Origin: Psammoneis japonica
Lineage: Eukaryota
Direction of reading: 5' to 3'
Length of the DNA: 64,000 nucleotides
Assembly (NCBI GenBank): GCA_008632985.1
Contig: QPGO01000047.1
Coordinates: 1 to 64,000, forward strand
Shown here: positions 1 to 12,549 of the stretch, piece after piece
Position numbering within the stretch: position 1 is the stretch's first letter
Layout of the letters: each line of letters begins with the position of its first letter
Made by a program: the position numbers and the translations under genes
Notes under the pieces: generated by a model
Seen by the model: only the letters and a program-made list of their open reading frames with translations
What the model was told of the DNA's origin: nothing
Databases searched by the model: none

Positions 1-999
1 CTGGCTGTTGGTGCCTCCCATGCCAGTTTTCTTCATGCACCTGTTGTGACAGTGTGTGGAGTGATTCTGACATTTGCACATTCCTGTTTCCACCCAGGAC
101 AAAATGCTTGCCCTCAACATGACAAGGCACAAAGCAGTCAATGCACACTTGACTTTGGATGCTGTTGCTCTGGTCACCCCTCATCTCTGCTTGTCCTGAA
201 AGCTGATCTAAAGTGTGATGGACATTTGCACAACTTTAATCTCAGGGCCCAATTGGGGGGGGGACACTGGTGCCACACACTTGGGTGCAATGAGCGGCCT
301 TGCCACAGGAAAGCCTGGCTTGCCATTCAACCCGCAGCAGACTCCAAGAAGGCTTGGTTTCACAGGGAATGCACTTTGTTGGAACCTTTCTTCAGCAGCT
401 TTGTGGGGTCACACTCTCTGCACTTGTCCTTGTGAACATAAAGAAAAGACTGTTGAATGGATTTGGTGCCTTTTTGATTGAATGCCAAGAAGCTGGAGGA
501 ACCAACCTCAGCATGGCAAAGTGAACTGGAGTGAAAGGCATCCTCAACATGCCTTGACACCTTCTTCATGTTCAAAAGCCACTCTCAAGCAAGGCGCCCA
601 ATGCATCTTGGAAACAAATGCAGCCCATGTCATCCCCGGCAACATCACCACAATGCTGGCTGCATCTCCAAAGCCACGTTGCTGCTGTTGAATCCTGCAC
701 CTGTGCAGCTGTTGTCAAGGCACGCATCTTGTCCAACCACCTCAGCATCCACTGCTTGTCCTTTGCCCATGTCACCAGCACCAGCATCACCACAATCTGT
801 GCCTTCTCCACCATCATCTGTGGTGCCTTGAACTGCAGCATCATGTTGACACCCTTCATCCTTTTCACACAGTCAAATCTGTCTTGTTTGGCAGAACCAT
901 CCACTCAGGCAGCACCTTGATGATTGCTCATGTCTCCTTCCATCATTTCTGCAATGTTGTCACAGTGCTTTCAAACCCGTGATGTGGCAACATGCCTCC

Positions 1000-1830
1000 A
1001 GCAAGAACGCAAAAATGCCACTCCAGAAAGTGAGAGATGACCTGTTTTGCATGGATCAAATTGTTCTGGAGCTGGCAGGCTGAAAGGAGCAGGGCAAATT
1101 CAACAAGAAGGCACCACTGTGACAACAGTCCATGACACATGTGACAGTCATGCCATTGATTTGGCAAAGTGGTTGAAAAGAGAAAAGTCTTGAACATGGC
1201 CAGATCTCTTGTGATCAAGTGGAGTCAACGTTGCATCCACATCCTTGTCTCTGTTCTTAAAAGCGTTTCCCCAAGGCATGAGCAATCCGCCATGGCCAGA
1301 ACAATGAAAGCAGACCAAATCTCCAGGAGAGCCATGTTTGACCAGTTTTCAAAGCCCTGCAATCACAGTTTGTCTTGTGGGAAAGAGGTGATTTCCATCA
1401 TTCACAATTGCCAAAATGTTGTGTTCTGGGTGCCCCTGTTTCTCAACCAGATGGTTTTTCATGTTGAGAACATTGTTGTGACAGCTGCTCAATTGTCCAC
1501 TCTGTTGGAGACAATTGACACCACCAGCGGTGCCCTCTGGGTGCCAAAAAGGGTGTCTCCTTGACATCCAATGGCCTTGAGGATTTGACATTGGCCATCT
1601 TTTGCCAGCTCTTGTCGGAGCAAGAGTGGCAGCTGTTGAAGGGTCAAGTTTTTGTTGTTGTGTTTGCATCAAATGTTGAGAAGAGCACTTGTGCAAGCCA
1701 AGCCCGCATGCCCCACTGCATCAGGAAGGTTGACCATCACGTTTGACAAGCTCGTGCTTGTTTGTTCTCTGTGATGGCCAGAAATCATTCCTGCTTCTGC
1801 TGGAGTGCATTCTGCTGCTTGATGATCAAA
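1000..1830 (-). pseudogene. Type III metacaspase (C14 peptidase, p10 domain N-terminal to p20) pseudogene
   Basis: Minus-strand fragments in order: PAEAGMISG..EQTS..SNV..LPDAVGHAGLACTSALLNI (p10), SSRPLDV, GTQRAPLxGVNC..GQLSSCHNNV, GDLVCFHCSGHG (catalytic His; canonical FHYSGHG) and VTCVMDCCHSG (catalytic Cys). Stops and frameshifts are present. Confidence 0.85.
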
Positions 1831-2387
1831 ACCAGACAGTGGTGGTGATGATGATTGCGAAGGATGAGCAACATCATTGCTGCTGTTTTCTTGGTTGTGG
1901 CGGTGGTTCAAGAGGTGTGTTGCCACAACATGTTCAGTGCAACAGCACAGAAGAGAAGTGAGAAGATTCCAGATTTTGGATTTTTCCAAAGAAAATGACA
2001 GCATCTGACCACAGCTCCAACCTGTGGCTCATGAGTTTTCATCTTCTTGCTCATCTGCATGACACAAGGAAAAAGCAAAATTGCCACTTCTGACATGGAA
2101 AGGCATCTCATTTGATGCACTTTTGTCAGCACAGCTCCCCACTCTCTCTGACTCTCAATGATGCATGGACATTTTAGTGAACTGCCTTGCAAGTGACTCC
2201 AGCAGACAATGCCGAGGATGGCTGTGCTTGGGTTGTCAACGTTTTGTTGCCATGGCAGAGCCGCACAAATCACACCAGCAAAGGTGCTCAAGGAGGAGCA
2301 ACTTTTGGCTGCAAAACAGAGCAACATGCAAAAACCAGCTTTTGGTCAGAGTTTCTCCACTCCACCACCATTTTGCAAGTCAACACA

Positions 2388-2389
<2 letters not shown>

Positions 2390-2445
<56 letters not shown>
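2390..2445 (+). repeat. (AG)n microsatellite
   Basis: Perfect AG dinucleotide run of ~56 nt. Confidence 0.98.
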
Positions 2446-2448
<3 letters not shown>

Positions 2449-2508
2449 ACACACAACATCACAGGTGTTTTCATGGCTGGAAAGAACCTTCATGTGTGGC
2501 AAACAAGA

Positions 2509-2618
2509 AGGGGTGAGTGGACAGCAATGGTGGTGAGCCCATGTGAATGGTGTTGTGAAGTCAAGGGGTGAGTGGTCAGCAATGGTGGTGGGCTCATGTG
2601 AGTGGTGCATTGAAGTCA
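2509..2618 (+). repeat. Imperfect ~55-bp tandem duplication
   Basis: ggggtgagtggacagcaatggtggtgagcccatgtgaatgg... is followed by ggggtgagtggtcagcaatggtggtgggctcatgtgagtgg... Confidence 0.85.
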
Positions 2619-3564
2619 TTTTTTCTGAAAGTTGGCTGGAGAGTGTGTGCACTGAGCAGTTTGAGGTTCCACTCACTGCAGGGTCCAGCAGAAAGATGTG
2701 TTTTTTTTGCAATTTGAGTTGCTTGAGCTCATTTGAGTCAATGAATGCATTGAAAATGAATGAAATGTTGCCTGCATTGGAGACACACCTTGGTGCACAC
2801 CTGGGCATGGTTCTTTGTGGAAAGTTTCTTGTGCAGACTTCACATGTGCTGCTTTGATTTTCACCTCCTGTTTCAAATGCTTGCTTTCCATCTCATCCAG
2901 CTGCTGAAAGCCACCCTCCTGTCACACAGTCTTCACACCTGTCACAGCTGGCAAAAAGCCACATCTCTCACACCTCAGGGTTTTCCACCAACACATGTGA
3001 ACAAATCCAAAGACCAGAGCAATCAAAAGGCATTGCACTCAATGCAATGTCTCTCACACCAATCACATCCATGTGTTGTTGTGCTCAAGAAGTGACACTT
3101 CAAATGCTGGAGTGCAAAACATGACCCTGAAAGAAAGAGAGAATTTGGTGCACTGGCACATTTGCTGGTCCAGCAACAAGTCGAAGGAGCATTCTTTCAG
3201 GCAGGAGACACAAAGCTGGAGTTTCAGAGCTTCTTGTTCAATCTTTGTCTGGCAAATGTTGCAATGGGCTTCAGAGATTGTTCAATGCTGCTTTGGGCCA
3301 TGGAGCCCAACACCCGTGTTTTGCAAAAATCAAATGGGCCCACCACACAGAGTGCTCAGCTAAAGGAAATGGAGTGGAAGGCCACACTGTCATGCTGTTC
3401 TTGGCCAGAGTTTCACCCACCACCTTTAAAAATGAACAGAAAAAGGCTCTGGATCACAATCATCTGCAAGCAACTTGTGGACATCCAGCCAGAACATGCT
3501 GTTGTCCAAAGACCCCACGCACTCTTGTCAGAGTGCTGCTGAACCTGCTGGCACACATGCATGA

Positions 3565-3755
3565 TGCATGCATGACAATGACTGGATTCAGGCCAGTGAA
3601 CTTGAGCAATGCAAAGCACAAGAGTTGATGCCTTGAACTCTTGTGAAAGTGCTGCCAACCTGCCAATGCACATGGCATGTGTGCCTTGAACAGTGGCATG
3701 ACAATGGCTGGATTTGGGCCAGCCAAATTGGGCAATGCAAAGCACAGGAGCTGGC
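3565..3755 (+). repeat. Degenerate direct repeat (~60-bp core, two copies ~125 bp apart)
   Basis: gcatgacaatgactggattcaggccagtgaacttgagcaatgcaaagcacaagagttg versus gcatgacaatggctggatttgggccagccaaattgggcaatgcaaagcacaggagctgg. Confidence 0.7.
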
Positions 3756-5469
3756 ACAGCTTGAGAATGACAATGTGCAGCAACGAACATCTTGGAGGTC
3801 AAACCAGGAATGGCAAAGAACTGCTCCTTGGTGCTTGGGTGAGCAGAGCCAGTGGGACCAGACCAGGCAAAGGAACTGCACCTGCCACAGATTTGTTGTC
3901 ATCTGAATCTCCATTGTTGGGGTTGTGAGCTGTTGCCAAAGCACATGATCATTGTCCTGCAAGCCGGCGTCAGAAGCGTCAGTCTCAACTGGGGGCTTGT
4001 CAGACAACATTCTTTGCAATGGCTCAAATGCAAAACCTTTTGATGCAGTGTGCAGTGAGGTTTTGTTGCAAACTGAAGTTCTCGTTGCACACTGAAGTCA
4101 GCAGCAGAGTGGTGCCAACAAGCAGCTGCAAGAAAGACATTCAAAGTGTGCACACTGCCATCTGGGCAAAGCAAAAGAAGTGGTCTAAGACAGAGCAGCC
4201 AGCAGTGTGTTTGCCCCAGCATGTCAAGATGAGAAAGGTGACACAGCGCACATGCCAGCAATGGCTTTGGTGCTGGCACTTGTTGGGCCAAGAAAGGCAG
4301 CACATGCTGCATGACCCAAAATGGGGCAGTCAGACAGGGCAGCTTTGCTTGGCCAAGAGGAGGCTAACCCAGTTTCTTGTGGTGACAGAGAGATTTGTTG
4401 GGCTCAAGTTGTGCTGCCTTTTGGGTGTGAGATGCTGCTGGTCCAAGAAGGGCCTGGGCTCTGATGCAGAGGTTGCATTGAAATGTGATCAAAAAAGGCA
4501 GTTTTTGGAAGATGTTGGAGACAAGAGCAGGGACATAAATTTGTGTCCCTGGACAAGAGGCCAATGTCACTGGAATGACTGAACATCTCTGGGTGAAGAA
4601 GGGCATTGCGAGTGGCAGTCCAGCGGCGTTGTTCATGCCACACCAGCATTGGAAAAGTTTTGCAGTCTGTTTTGTGGGACTGGTGGTGCAGCCTTTTTGT
4701 TGCCAGCGCACATCAGCTCCAAGATTTCCACATGTTCAAGTTGTGCAGGCATTCTCACAGGTCAAAGGTTTTGGTGGCTCCACAATTTTGAACAATGGTG
4801 GTGCTGCCAACTGACCCAAGTCAGTGTTGGTGATGGAACCTTGCAGATTTTTGCAAGTTGAAAGAGAGTTGGTTGCAACCTTTGGAAATTGCACACATGC
4901 CGTGCAGCAGGGATTTGGTTGCTTTTTCTGTGTGGCAGTGGCCAGAGGGCACACAGCATGGCTTGGCAGCTCATGGTGTCACAGCAGCAGTGCAGCAGCA
5001 GGATGATGCCACCTGCCAAATGACCTGCAGCATGGTGTGTGGCAACTCAGTGCAAGTGGTTGGCTGGAGCAGCAAGCTCATGCACTTGCACAGGACGGGC
5101 ATCTGATGGGGCCCCACACAGATCACAAAAACCATCCAGTGCAACATGAAGTGCGCTGACAGTGAGCCTCCTGCCATTTGGAGAAAGGGCCTCTGGCACC
5201 AGGCAAAGTGACAGTGAGTGATCACCATTCTCCCAGCAGGAGCTTGTGACAACCTTCAGCGGCAACAAGTTTGCTGGTGTGGGATGGTCCTCAAAAAGCA
5301 TCTCAATGAGACATGCACAGCACCATGGGGCAAGTCGCAGTGTCACAGAGGAAGAGATGATGGAAACTGGCAGTCCAAGAAAAAGAAACAGAAATCTCGG
5401 GGATCAACGACGGTCGAGTCCAGCGGTCTTCATGAGTCGAGAGATTGTTTCTGAAAAGCAAGCGCAGTC

Positions 5470-6810
5470 AAAAGCAATCAAAACTGTTCCAAAACAAGAC
5501 ATGGCACGCAGTGACCAACAACTGAACATCTAGAGAGGTGCTTTGCTTTGATTTCTTTTCCGCAACGCTCTGGTTCCTCATTTTGCTCATGAGCCGAATG
5601 TCTTCTTCATCATTGAGCTTTGATTTCAGCATGCCAGCAACAAGAGTGACGTGCCTTGGCTTTCGCCATTTTTCATCCACTCCCGTTGCTCATGACACAC
5701 TCTCGTCCTCGTCCACATCAATTTTCTCGTTTAACTTCAATGGGAATTTGTTTGCAGCTTCAAAATCATTGCGCTTCTTCATCTCGCGCTCCTTCCAGAC
5801 TCCAAAAATTGTAACAAGTTTGTCTGTTGTGAACTCTGGGTTGTTCCAGACACAAACGCGGAGTTGGGTGCAGGTGCAGGGCACAACAATGTAGACATGC
5901 CACGCCGCTGCAAACATCTTGGCCATCAGGAGGACCGGCTGTTCTGTCCACATCACTCTGGGATCGAAGAAACTGCAACACCATCAAAAAGGCAAACAAA
6001 ACAACAAGAGAGCATTCAGATGAAAAGCACTTGCAGTTGTGCATGCTGCCCTTGACAACAGCCAAACTCATGTGCTTTGGGAAGCAGCTCAAATGCACCA
6101 CGATGGAGCACATCAATGACAACTGCACCAGCTGAACACAAGCCCATGATGTGGACGAGGCTGTGACAAAAGCCTGTGCGGCATTTGGTGCAGTGGCCAT
6201 GGTCCAAAATCCCATTCCAAGTGCAACCGCTTCTGGGAGTGGACAGAAAAAGAAAACATTGAGGGCAACCAATGCATGCAGTTTGTCCTGTGCACCTGCC
6301 ATTCGTTTGATTTCGCACTCCTCTTCTGTCCATTGGCCCTGTTGGAGAGCATGGCGGACCATGTTGCGACACTCGTCTCTGGCAAGTTTTTTCGCCAAGG
6401 GAGCAAAGGCGATGCCAAACACACCAAAAAAACACAGGAGTGCTTGAAGTTGACTCAAAATTGGCCATGACTTTGCCCCCGGCGATGATGTTCCCCAATC
6501 GGCTCCGTGCATGATGATTGTGCCGGCAGAGAGGAGACACCAAAAAAGCTTCCCGCGTGTGTGGTGCTGTCATCGTGAACCATCTCAGATGCCGTGTTGG
6601 GCCACCCCCTGAATGTGTTTCGCATGCATTCCGCCATTTTTTCAGCGCTGCTGTCGTCGTCCATCAAGTCAAAGAAGCCAGCTTTCTTCACAATGGAGCG
6701 GCATTTTGGTGAATCCTTGCAGGTGTCATGGCACCACGCTGCACCCCAAAGCGCAATTGCCGATGCAATGTAAACAGCAACAGAGGACGATGTGGCATCT
6801 GCAGTCATGG
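5470..6810 (-). pseudogene. Decayed multi-pass membrane-protein gene of unknown family (CpG partly retained, TpA lost)
   Basis: Overlapping minus ORFs 6455-6808, 5766-6512, 5690-5956 and 5468-5680 join into a protein-like sequence with hydrophobic segments and a charged C-terminus. Frameshifted. Confidence 0.4.
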
Positions 6811-6979
6811 CGATGTTTTTGTGCTGTGTCGTTTGCGACAGGGTGTGTGAAGAAACATGAGAGCGGCAGCGCAGCGCGGATCATCGTCGCGACGATGGCA
6901 GAATTGAAATTTCCGGGATTATTTTTGATCAGTTCAACTGTGCAAGAACGGACGGAAAATCTGGAAAATGCTGTGCATG

Positions 6980-8600
6980 TGTGATGGATGCACGGATGAA
7001 GACTGTTTGTGCATGTGATCTCTTTTGGAAGTGCCTGGCCTTGCACACAGTGCAGTCATGGAAGATTGAGTGCACATCGAGTTGGCTCTTCTTGAGACCC
7101 ACAGCATCCCCCCATTTGCAGCTGCTGCTGTGCTTCTTGAGGGTCATGGCATGTTGGCAGTCTTGAGGGACTTTGCACCCATGCTTGTGGCAAGGCACAG
7201 CACAGAAAGACCACAGCTTGGCTTGGCTGGCCATGCAGAACGCCCCCTTCTGTCATCTTGTGACAGTGTGGAAATGCTTCCAGCCCTTGGTGTCAAGAAG
7301 GCCGCTCTTGTTGCATGTGCAGAAGGTGCAGGTGATGGGATTTTCCTCGTGACAACAGCCAGAGGCTTGGCTGTGATCTTCCCACCACTCTCCCACTTGA
7401 GCATGATGTTGCAGCTTGAACCTTTCCAAATGGGGTCATGACACTTCAGAAAACCTTCATGCAACAAGATGCCACAGAACTTCCCCAGATGGTGGTGTCA
7501 TCATCATCTTCTTCATGTTCTTTGCCATTGTTGACCAAGCAATTGAACTTGGCAAGTTCCAGGTTGTCAACAACTTTGCTGTTGCAGTCTTTGACAGCCT
7601 TCACAGCATGAGCTTGGCGGCGGTTCTTTCCATCCTCTTGTGGCTTCATGAGCAAGGTGCATCTGATGATGGTGTCTCCACAGGATTGAAAACTGGCATC
7701 TTGTGCACCCTGATCTCCCCGTGTGATGAGCCACATTTTGGAGATGTTGTGACAAGATTTGAAAATGGGTGAAGCAGGCTGCTCATCAGGAGGATCAAGG
7801 TGCAAGTTGTGAGCCAAAAGATTGTGGGCAGCAGGATGCATGTCAGACCTGTGCAGAGTTTTCTGGGTGTCATCAGAGATGGAATCTTGAAGGTCATCTG
7901 GTTGCCCACATGTTTGGCGACACCAATGAAATGACCACACAGCTTGTGGCATTCAAACAGCCAGCCAGAGTTGCCAAGGTGGCAGTGGACAGGTTCTCAC
8001 CAACATGAAAGTGCAAGAGAGGGCTGATGTCAAGCAGAGCTGCTCAGAATGTTCACGGGAGTGTGCCAGTGCAGCTTTGCAGGTGCGGCGGCTCAGAAGA
8101 AAGAAGCACATGCACACAAGGGCAAGCAGCCATGTGGAGCCATGGCGACATTGGCCATGTTTTTTGCTGTCTGATGGCAGTGTTCAGCAAAGTTCTGGCA
8201 CAGCTGTTGGCGCTCACTCTGCTGGCTGGAGACAAACAGGGCAGGTGTGTGGGATCCCAACAACCATGTTGCTGATCTTGACATCAGCTTGACTGCTGGC
8301 AAGCTTGGAGGGAGTGCCGCAATTGTTGGCATTGTCTTCAAGAGTGTCGACAAACTCATTGTGATGGTTTTGGTGCCAGCACACATGCCCATGAGACAAG
8401 AGATTCTGCACCCACAAAGAGCTGGGTGCTGATGCAGCTAAAGTCTTTAGCAGGTTCCACTCATGGTGGGCATTGGGGGCCAGGTCAGGAGATTTGCAAG
8501 CACACAGTTTTGAGGGTGGCCACCTGACACACCCCCAACACCAAATCATCAGCAGGAGCCACTTTTCAGCACATCAAAGCCCATCCCATCATTTTGACAT
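6980..8600 (-). mobile_element. Ty1/copia (CoDi-like) LTR retrotransposon pol relic (integrase to pre-RT region)
   Basis: EFVDTLEDN..GTPSKLASSQADVKIS and QQLCQNFAEH (integrase). HEGFL..DPIWKGSSCNIMLKWESG.ITAKPL matches the diatom copia WKGSxYNVxxEWExGEIT motif. HKHGCKVPQDCQHAM..KWGDA matches YKYGYEVPRDYxHA. Confidence 0.8.
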
Positions 8601-10617
8601 GCTTGCTCCTCAATGAATCTCTTCTGCAATTTCTTGTCATTGTTGCTTAACTTCATTCATTTGGGTTTCAAGCTTGTTGAATGAGCCCAGGATTGAGCAC
8701 AACAAAATGTCAGAAACAAGTTTCCAACAAGCAGGTGGAGGAAGGCAACTGGTGCTGCATGTGCATGGTGCTGTGGCAGGAGTGCTGCTTTGTGGTCAAA
8801 GCAGCTTGCACACCCTGGTTTTCTTGCACCACCATCTCATCCTGAATTTGGCTGCACATCATTGAGTGCAATCTTTTTTCAAAGCTGGTGCCAGCATCAG
8901 AATTTTTTTCCAAGTTTGCCAATGAGCGCACACTTGCAGCAACGGAGCTGCCCCCTCTCATCTCTTCCAAACAAGCAGGGCTTTTGCTTCAACCTCTTGG
9001 ACTTTCAAGCCCAGCACAAACAGCTTCAATGCATCGTGTCATCAAAAGCAGCAAGCTGTTGTTGCAGCATCTGGCTGATGACTTTGTGCTGTTTGAGCGG
9101 TGCAGCCAAATTTGGAGGACATCACAGGGGTGAGATGCAGAGAGAGCCAATGCTTGCTTTGCCAGTACAAAAACACTCTAGCTGTTGTTGACAGCATGCA
9201 TGAGTTCAAAATGAAGGCAATGAAGATGAGGCTCACAACAGCCTCTGACAAACACATTCTCAGAGCTGCTGGCGAGTGCACTTCAGGTGGGGTGCAAGGG
9301 GGAAGCTCAGACCCACCCTGAACACTGCATCACAAATGAGTGTGAAGCATGCGATGTTGCACCGGCAAGTGATGATTGCAAACGGGACACTCATCATCCA
9401 TCATGAGTGTGGGGATTGTTGACAAAATCTGCTTCCTGACTTCATTGAATCGCAAATCGATCAAATTTTCTGTGTGTCTGGCCGTCGGTCACTTAGCCTG
9501 ATTCATTCAGTCATGCGTTGTCAATAATTATTGATTCACGCATTCGTGACAGTGGGCACTGGTATGAATGGACGTTGACAAGACAGAAAAGCGAGACATA
9601 CAACGGACGAAAGCCCAAGACGCTTCTAAACATCGGACAAAAACGGGAGTGTCGCCCTCTAGACTACTGCCTCTCACTCCGATCAGCCTGAGCAACGGCG
9701 ATGGCCGCTGGAGAAACATGAAGCCAGAGTTTCCCGAAACCGCGAGGATGTTGTGGAACATAGCAGAAGACTAACAAAAGTATGGTTGCGCAGAGTGCTT
9801 ACAATGGTGCCATGACCTGCACGTACTCATGCTTCAAACATGCGCTCTGACAGTGTGTAAATAGAGGCTCCAAAAAATGCAAGAAAGCTTTGTGCTCAAA
9901 CCCACTCTAGTCTCTCTCTAGCTAGGATGCTCAGTTTCCAGTCAGTTGAAAATCGTAGCTTATGTAACAAAGGCGTTCTTCACCATGTTGAGTGCAGCGT
10001 GGGATCTGCCGAACCGGCGCAAATACAGTAGGCTTACTATGATCGCCATGATGTGCCGACACAGCAACGTGGAAAAGAGGTTCGCGGTACACTAGATTCT
10101 CGTTCGAGTAGTGTCAGAAGGTTCATCTTCGTCCCTTGACTGATGGATCCCTTTGATCCCGTGTTATTCCTGCCACCAATAAGTGAGGCCCATCAGGATA
10201 TCTCTGCCGATAAATGATGAATAGCCTCAAACTTTTTACTACATGCGAGATATTTCTTAGGGCTCGAATTATTTATGCTTGGTGATATTTATGAAGTATT
10301 TATGTCACGTAGACTCTACGGTTTCTTTGGTACTTAAGCAACACTTATTGCGAATCCCCTAAATAACGAAAACATCGTTTGTTATTCATCGATTTTGATT
10401 GGTTGGTTTTGAAATTTTCAACGTCACAAGTCGAAACGGATTACCGGATCGAATCTGTTGGTTTTGTCGCTCGGGATCAGCGCATGTGGCCATTTTTCTT
10501 GTTTTCCTGCTTCTTCTCTTTCCATCCGCCATCACCAAGTTGTAGCTAGATAAGCCCTCACTTCAATTCTTATAAGGAGAACTTCACATCATACGCAGCA
10601 TCAAAGAATTCTCGATC

Positions 10618-12399
10618 ATGTTGTATACACGAGGCCCTTGTGACGATGGTACTCAATGCATCTCTGTTCCGCCATCTTTGTTGGACGCGACCGATCCGAA
10701 AAACGCATCACGGGCGGCACTGCAGGACGCATTGAGACGGCACTACATTGTTATGGGATCAAAGTCTTATTCGCCACTTCTTTGCGAAGAAATAATAAGA
10801 CTTTACACAAGATCAACACAGGAAGATACTTGTTTGTTTACGAAAATTGTGGCAGAGAACAACATGGCACAAGTTTTCTATCGACGAGGACAGTACGAGC
10901 AAGCCTTGTTCGTGTTGGGACGAGCACTTGATTTGGCACGTCATGCGTCAGCGATAGAAAGCACATCAGCTAGTCCCAATCAACAAATGATGAAAGACTG
11001 CTTGTCGACGGTACTGTGCAACATTGGCAGAGTCCACTTTGCTCTCAGTGAATACGATGATGCGTTGATCTACCTGCTGGAAGCGCTTAATGCGCACGAG
11101 GGTATCAGCGATACGACCACAGCTATGCTTTGGTACAATATGGCCTTACTGTTGTATCTGCTGGGTAAGGGAATGGAAGAATCTCTCTACGCGTTGACTC
11201 GCTCCTTGGAGATCTTGTCGACTTCAGCGACGGACGTTCCCAACAACCCGGGCCTCCGACGACGTGACATTGTCACAGTACAGACTCTATTGTTGATTGT
11301 TCAACAACAGGCAAAACAAAAGGAACTATTTCAGAATAGTGATTCCGAAGAACAAGATCCAACTCCGTTGCTGGTGTCACTCATGTCACAACGTGAAGTC
11401 GTTGGATACGAACACGAATCTATTGCACGAACTCTTTGTTCCCTGGGGACCTTGTACATGCGCAAGGGGGAACATGATTATGCATCACACTTTTTGTCAG
11501 AAGCGTTGCGGGTACAACGGCATCTTGGCATTCAAGACAATGACATTCTAATGACGCTTACACAGTTGGGCCAATGCTTCCAAGGAGCTGGTCGACACGC
11601 CGAAGCAATGTCGTGCTTTCGTTGGGCACTCCGTACCAACTCGGGTAAGCCAATGGACAAGCAAGAACCTCGAACCAAGGCAGTGTTTGCCACTGTCCTT
11701 TACAATGTTGGTATGATTCAGTTCTCGCACGGTAACCGCGAAGACAGAACAAACCGACTGAAGGCGCTGCAGTCCTTTCGAATGTGTTTGGATCTGCGTC
11801 GGTCGTGTCTTGGAAAGATGCACCCAGGTGTTGCGTCGGTGTTGCACAATATCGGGATTCTGCTGCTTGAAGACGGACAAGTTCTAGGTTCATTGGATTG
11901 CTTTCAAGAGTCATTGGCTATCCGCCGCAATGCGTATGGTCCTCATCACATGGAGGTAGCGTCGTCGCTACGACACATTGGTCGCATTCAGCAAGACATT
12001 GGCGATCACGACAAGGCGCTGTCTCTGCACATGGAGGCCTTGTTTATTGTCCAAAAGAATGAACAAAGTGAAGGAGATAAACCGGATTTTTCGTCCAACA
12101 AGATTGAAATCTTGATTGGTCTCGGCCAAGCCCAGCACTCAATGGGTCTCATGGACCGGGCTCTCAAGTCCTACGGAGACGCGGCTCAACTACTTCAAGT
12201 TCGACGACAAAACGGACACACCACTGCCAACAAGCACATTGCTCGTGTCCTTACAATCATGGGGAATTTGTCAGTCGACATGAGTGATATGGAACGTGCT
12301 CACGCCTTTTTCGCAGAGGCGGCTCGTCTCTCGGGAACAAAGTACGACGTACGAAGTCTAGTCAACAACTCCATTCCTGCGTGTGCTGCAGCCGCGTAG
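10618..12399 (+). CDS. Tetratricopeptide-repeat protein (kinesin light chain-like TPR family)
   Basis: Intact 593-aa ORF with repeated TPR units (VASVLHNIG...ESLAIRR..YGPHHMEVASSLRHIG). Confidence 0.88.
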   Translation: MLYTRGPCDDGTQCISVPPSLLDATDPKNASRAALQDALRRHYIVMGSKSYSPLLCEEIIRLYTRSTQEDTCLFTKIVAENNMAQVFYRRGQYEQALFVLGRALDLARHASAIESTSASPNQQMMKDCLSTVLCNIGRVHFALSEYDDALIYLLEALNAHEGISDTTTAMLWYNMALLLYLLGKGMEESLYALTRSLEILSTSATDVPNNPGLRRRDIVTVQTLLLIVQQQAKQKELFQNSDSEEQDPTPLLVSLMSQREVVGYEHESIARTLCSLGTLYMRKGEHDYASHFLSEALRVQRHLGIQDNDILMTLTQLGQCFQGAGRHAEAMSCFRWALRTNSGKPMDKQEPRTKAVFATVLYNVGMIQFSHGNREDRTNRLKALQSFRMCLDLRRSCLGKMHPGVASVLHNIGILLLEDGQVLGSLDCFQESLAIRRNAYGPHHMEVASSLRHIGRIQQDIGDHDKALSLHMEALFIVQKNEQSEGDKPDFSSNKIEILIGLGQAQHSMGLMDRALKSYGDAAQLLQVRRQNGHTTANKHIARVLTIMGNLSVDMSDMERAHAFFAEAARLSGTKYDVRSLVNNSIPACAAAA

Positions 12400-12549
12400 G
12401 TACAGTAACAACAAGCTATCATAATACTCTAGAGAACTCGTCATAAGACTAACAGTAGTTTTCCATGTTTAGCTTTCGTCTCGTGGTGGGACAAGTATGC
12501 CTCCAATTCGTTCATTCGAATATTGTCAATCCGTAGCTGCTGTTACTTT

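Larger units (their letters stand above)
1..9480. other. Left degenerate-repeat domain: CpG- and TpA-depleted, TG/CA-enriched
   Basis: By inspection CG and TA dinucleotides are rare and tgca/tgtg/caca are pervasive. It contains decayed TE and gene relics. Normal TA frequency resumes at ~9494-9530 (acttag, aataatta). Confidence 0.9.

Noticed and set aside
2950..5400. Plus-strand protein-like fragments (possible TE or oxygenase relic)
   Set aside because: Too decayed to assign to any family by eye.
46..9321. Dozens of 60-250 aa Cys/His-rich ORFs in the left flank (and the same in the right flank)
   Set aside because: They are by-products of TAA/TAG depletion and show no coherent protein features beyond the relics listed.
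1..9480. Classical fungal RIP or contamination as the explanation for the flanks
   Set aside because: RIP enriches TpA and AT content, the opposite of what is seen. The flanks contain diatom-type elements, and the right flank holds a paralog of a core gene, so they belong to the same genome.
10200..10430. AT-rich intergenic patch as a centromere or origin candidate
   Set aside because: Short and not distinguishable from an ordinary promoter-proximal AT-rich tract.
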